Of a DNA stretch of 36,477 bases, positions 35,153 to 36,477 are shown in pieces. The notes under the pieces are model-generated. The model was not told the origin of the DNA. It ran no database searches and saw only the letters and a program-made list of their open reading frames with translations. The translations under genes were made by a program, and so were the position numbers. Where the stretch lies: contig CAZIZF010000001.1 of assembly GCA_964543755.1 (NCBI GenBank), positions 1 through 36,477 of the forward strand, written 5' to 3'. This DNA comes from an uncultured Candidatus Saccharibacteria bacterium (GTDB lineage: Bacteria; Patescibacteriota; Minisyncoccia; Minisyncoccales; CSSED10-335). Every line of letters starts with the position of its first letter. Positions within the stretch are counted from its first letter, which is position 1.

Positions 35153-35722
35153 TTATGAAAGATATATTACAGAAAAAAACAAAGAAGTCAAGTGCAGTAC
35201 CTTCCCCAAGATATCGCTTTTATGGACTAACCCGAATCTGGTACTATCAAGCGTCCCAGAAACAATCTCTCCGAGTAGTAGATAGGCAGACTCTGGAATC
35301 ACCCCCTCATACAAAGAGAGCATTTTATACGCATTGCCGGAAACAAGGAATGGTCTGTTCTCGGAATTCTTAACAACCTCCCCGTTTATTAAGATATTCC
35401 AGCCACTTCCGATATTCTCTAATTCCAATCTGTCTCCGGGAATCCCTTTGATTATTTTAATAAGAGGGTCTTTGTTTCCCGCGTAATTATAGAGTACTAT
35501 ATCTCCTCTTTCAATCGGATAATAGTTGTAATAGTTTAAAGAAACTTTAACAGTTTGACCGGGTTTAATAAGGGGAGACAATGAATTGCCTCGGACGATC
35601 TTTTCTTCAATCTGAATCAGATGATCTTCTGTTTTTGGAGTTGTGATCCGATCTGGTAAAGAGATTAAAAGAATCAAAACTGCTAGTAAAATTGCTAAAG
35701 TAGCGTATAATCCTTTATTCAT
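35153..35722 (-). CDS. lepB: Signal peptidase I-like (S26 family) serine peptidase
   Basis: 189 aa with one N-terminal TM helix. S26 boxes are present: VRGNSLSPLI (the SMxP-like Ser box), RGDIVLY, LIKIIKGIPGD (the Lys box) and GTLDSTRFG. Confidence 0.7.
   Translation of the reverse strand: MNKGLYATLAILLAVLILLISLPDRITTPKTEDHLIQIEEKIVRGNSLSPLIKPGQTVKVSLNYYNYYPIERGDIVLYNYAGNKDPLIKIIKGIPGDRLELENIGSGWNILINGEVVKNSENRPFLVSGNAYKMLSLYEGVIPESAYLLLGEIVSGTLDSTRFGLVHKSDILGKVLHLTSLFFSVIYLS
35164..35191 (-). promoter_or_regulatory. Candidate str-operon promoter (TTGACT-N16-TAATAT) inside the 3' end of the peptidase gene
   Basis: On the minus strand, the -35 is at 35186-35191 and the -10 at 35164-35169. 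There are 17 nt from the -10 to the rpsL ATG. Confidence 0.4.
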
Positions 35723-35728
35723 AAATTA

Positions 35729-35737
35729 ATAATATCA
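35729..35737 (-). promoter_or_regulatory. Extended -10 element (TGATATTAT), 6 nt upstream of the peptidase ATG
   Basis: The minus strand reads TTTATGATATTATTAATTTATG. The TGnTATTAT geometry matches the galT element. The region is very AT-rich, so a chance match is possible. Confidence 0.3.
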
Positions 35738-35743
35738 TAAATT

Positions 35744-36477
35744 ATGGTTAGTATAAACCAACTCCCTTATTTCCAAACAAAAAACAAAAAAGAAACAAAT
35801 CTTCTAGCAAGGTTTTTATTGCGAAAAATGAAAAAGAAGATTCAAAAAAAACCCTTATCATCATCTAATCTTCGCGCGACAAGACAAACGATTAAGATAT
35901 ATTCAAGAATTAAGTAAAAAATACAGATATTTTCTGAAGATAGTTGAAAAATATTATCCTTCAATTAATCATGCTATCTTATTAAAAAACTTAAATTCAG
36001 CTCCCGAACTTCAGACTAGAAGAATGAAGCTTCAACTTAAAAATCAGATTCCTTCTTTCTTAAGGCAAGGACCGATAACAGATAAGGGATTACCTCTGGG
36101 AAACTATTTAGCTTGGATCTTGGCAGGATTTTATCTTCTCCCTTTGGATTTTAAGATTCCAAGACCATTTCTTAGAGTACAAGACGACTATTTAGTTTTT
36201 TGTAAAAAGAGAGATGAAGCCCAAAAAATTTTAAAAGAGATAATAATACCTGAATTAGAAAGATTAAAATTAAATATAAGTATTAAAAAATTAAAATCAG
36301 GAAAGTTTCATCAAGATAAAGTTAATTTTCTTGGTTTTAATTTTTATGCTGGCTATTTTACTATTCATCCTAATAAAAAAGAAGAATTCAAAAAAAGAAT
36401 CATCAAAATAACTTATCTTACTAATAAAAAGAAAAAAAGCAGTAATAAAATTACTTAATAACAAAATTCTTGGCTTC
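35744..36477 (+). pseudogene. Reverse-transcriptase-like gene, interrupted by two +1 frame changes in A-runs; the 3' end lies beyond the window
   Basis: RT motifs are read across three frames. Motif A-like is FLKIVEKYYPSINHAILLKNL (starts 35931). Motif B-like is GLPLGNYLAWILAGFYLLPLD (36087-36149). Motif C is RVQDD (36174-36188). Further motifs are LKLNISIKK, VNFLGFNF and the thumb-like LLNNKILGF (36451-36477). The frame junctions fall in an A8 run (35844-35851) and an A7 run (36432-36438). Confidence 0.6.

Noticed and set aside
35828-35917. A 29-aa ORF (MKKKIQKKPLSSSNLRATRQTIKIYSRIK) as a stand-alone small gene upstream of the RT-like ORF.
   Set aside because: It is in frame with the ATG at 35744. 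It is better explained as the N-terminal segment of the RT-like gene, read past the A8 frameshift site.
35723-36477. An intact group II intron or retron/DGR cassette surrounding the RT-like gene.
   Set aside because: Only 21 nt separate the RT-like start from the divergent peptidase gene, and that stretch is AT-rich with no structured-RNA signature. There is no room for intron domains I-III, msr/msd or a template repeat upstream. Anything downstream lies outside the window and cannot be judged.
1-36477. Alternative genetic code (UGA recoding), as occurs in some reduced-genome lineages.
   Set aside because: TGA is used as a genuine stop at the expected ends of conserved genes (fusA, gatC, rseP, mreB paralog 2, tpiA, galT). 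All core proteins have normal lengths under the standard bacterial code.
1-36477. CRISPR arrays, rRNA genes, transposases/integrases, prophage blocks.
   Set aside because: I saw no spaced direct-repeat arrays, rRNA-like GC-rich stretches or recombinase-like ORFs. The only repeats noticed are the 33-nt mreB tract and the short promoter hexamers.

Overview
This is a low-GC, very gene-dense bacterial core-genome segment, transcribed almost entirely on the minus strand. Reading the minus strand from high to low coordinates, the order is:
- an S26 signal-peptidase-like gene;
- the str operon (rpsL-rpsG-fusA-tuf);
- the complete S10/spc ribosomal-protein clusters (rpsJ through rplO), with no rpmD (L30);
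- secY-adk-map;
- an inserted galT-tpiA-alaS-hypothetical-uppP block;
- infA-rpmJ-rpsM-rpsK-rpsD-rpoA-rplQ-rplM-rpsI;
- one plus-strand PEGA-domain envelope gene;
- murA-mreB-holB-frr-rseP-mreB-gatC-gatA plus a small membrane protein;
- a tRNA cluster (initiator-like Met, Met, Asp).

rpmJ (L36) is missing from the ORF track and was found by hand. Several tracked ORFs begin at upstream TTG/GTG or upstream ATG codons inside the preceding gene, and I trimmed them to the conserved ATG. The missing L30, the compact proteins (606-aa AlaRS, 116-aa L13) and the tight gene overlaps fit a reduced-genome, CPR/Patescibacteria-like organism. That assignment is inference, not proof.

The only accessory-looking element is at the right edge (35744 to the window end). 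It is an AT-rich reverse-transcriptase-like gene, divergent from the peptidase gene and running out of the window. Its reading frame can only be followed through two +1 shifts, both inside A-runs, and it lacks the motif-A aspartate.

Other points worth a second look:
- a structurally non-canonical initiator-like tRNA;
- a membrane-anchored protein with a HEPN-type RNxxxH motif;
- a recurring TTGAYW-N17-TAGAAT promoter, plus several start codons 6-11 nt from -10 boxes, which suggests leaderless or near-leaderless mRNAs;
- a 33-nt perfectly identical tract shared by two otherwise diverged mreB paralogs;
- a terminator-like hairpin between rpsJ and rplC.

I saw no CRISPR array, rRNA, transposase or integrase.
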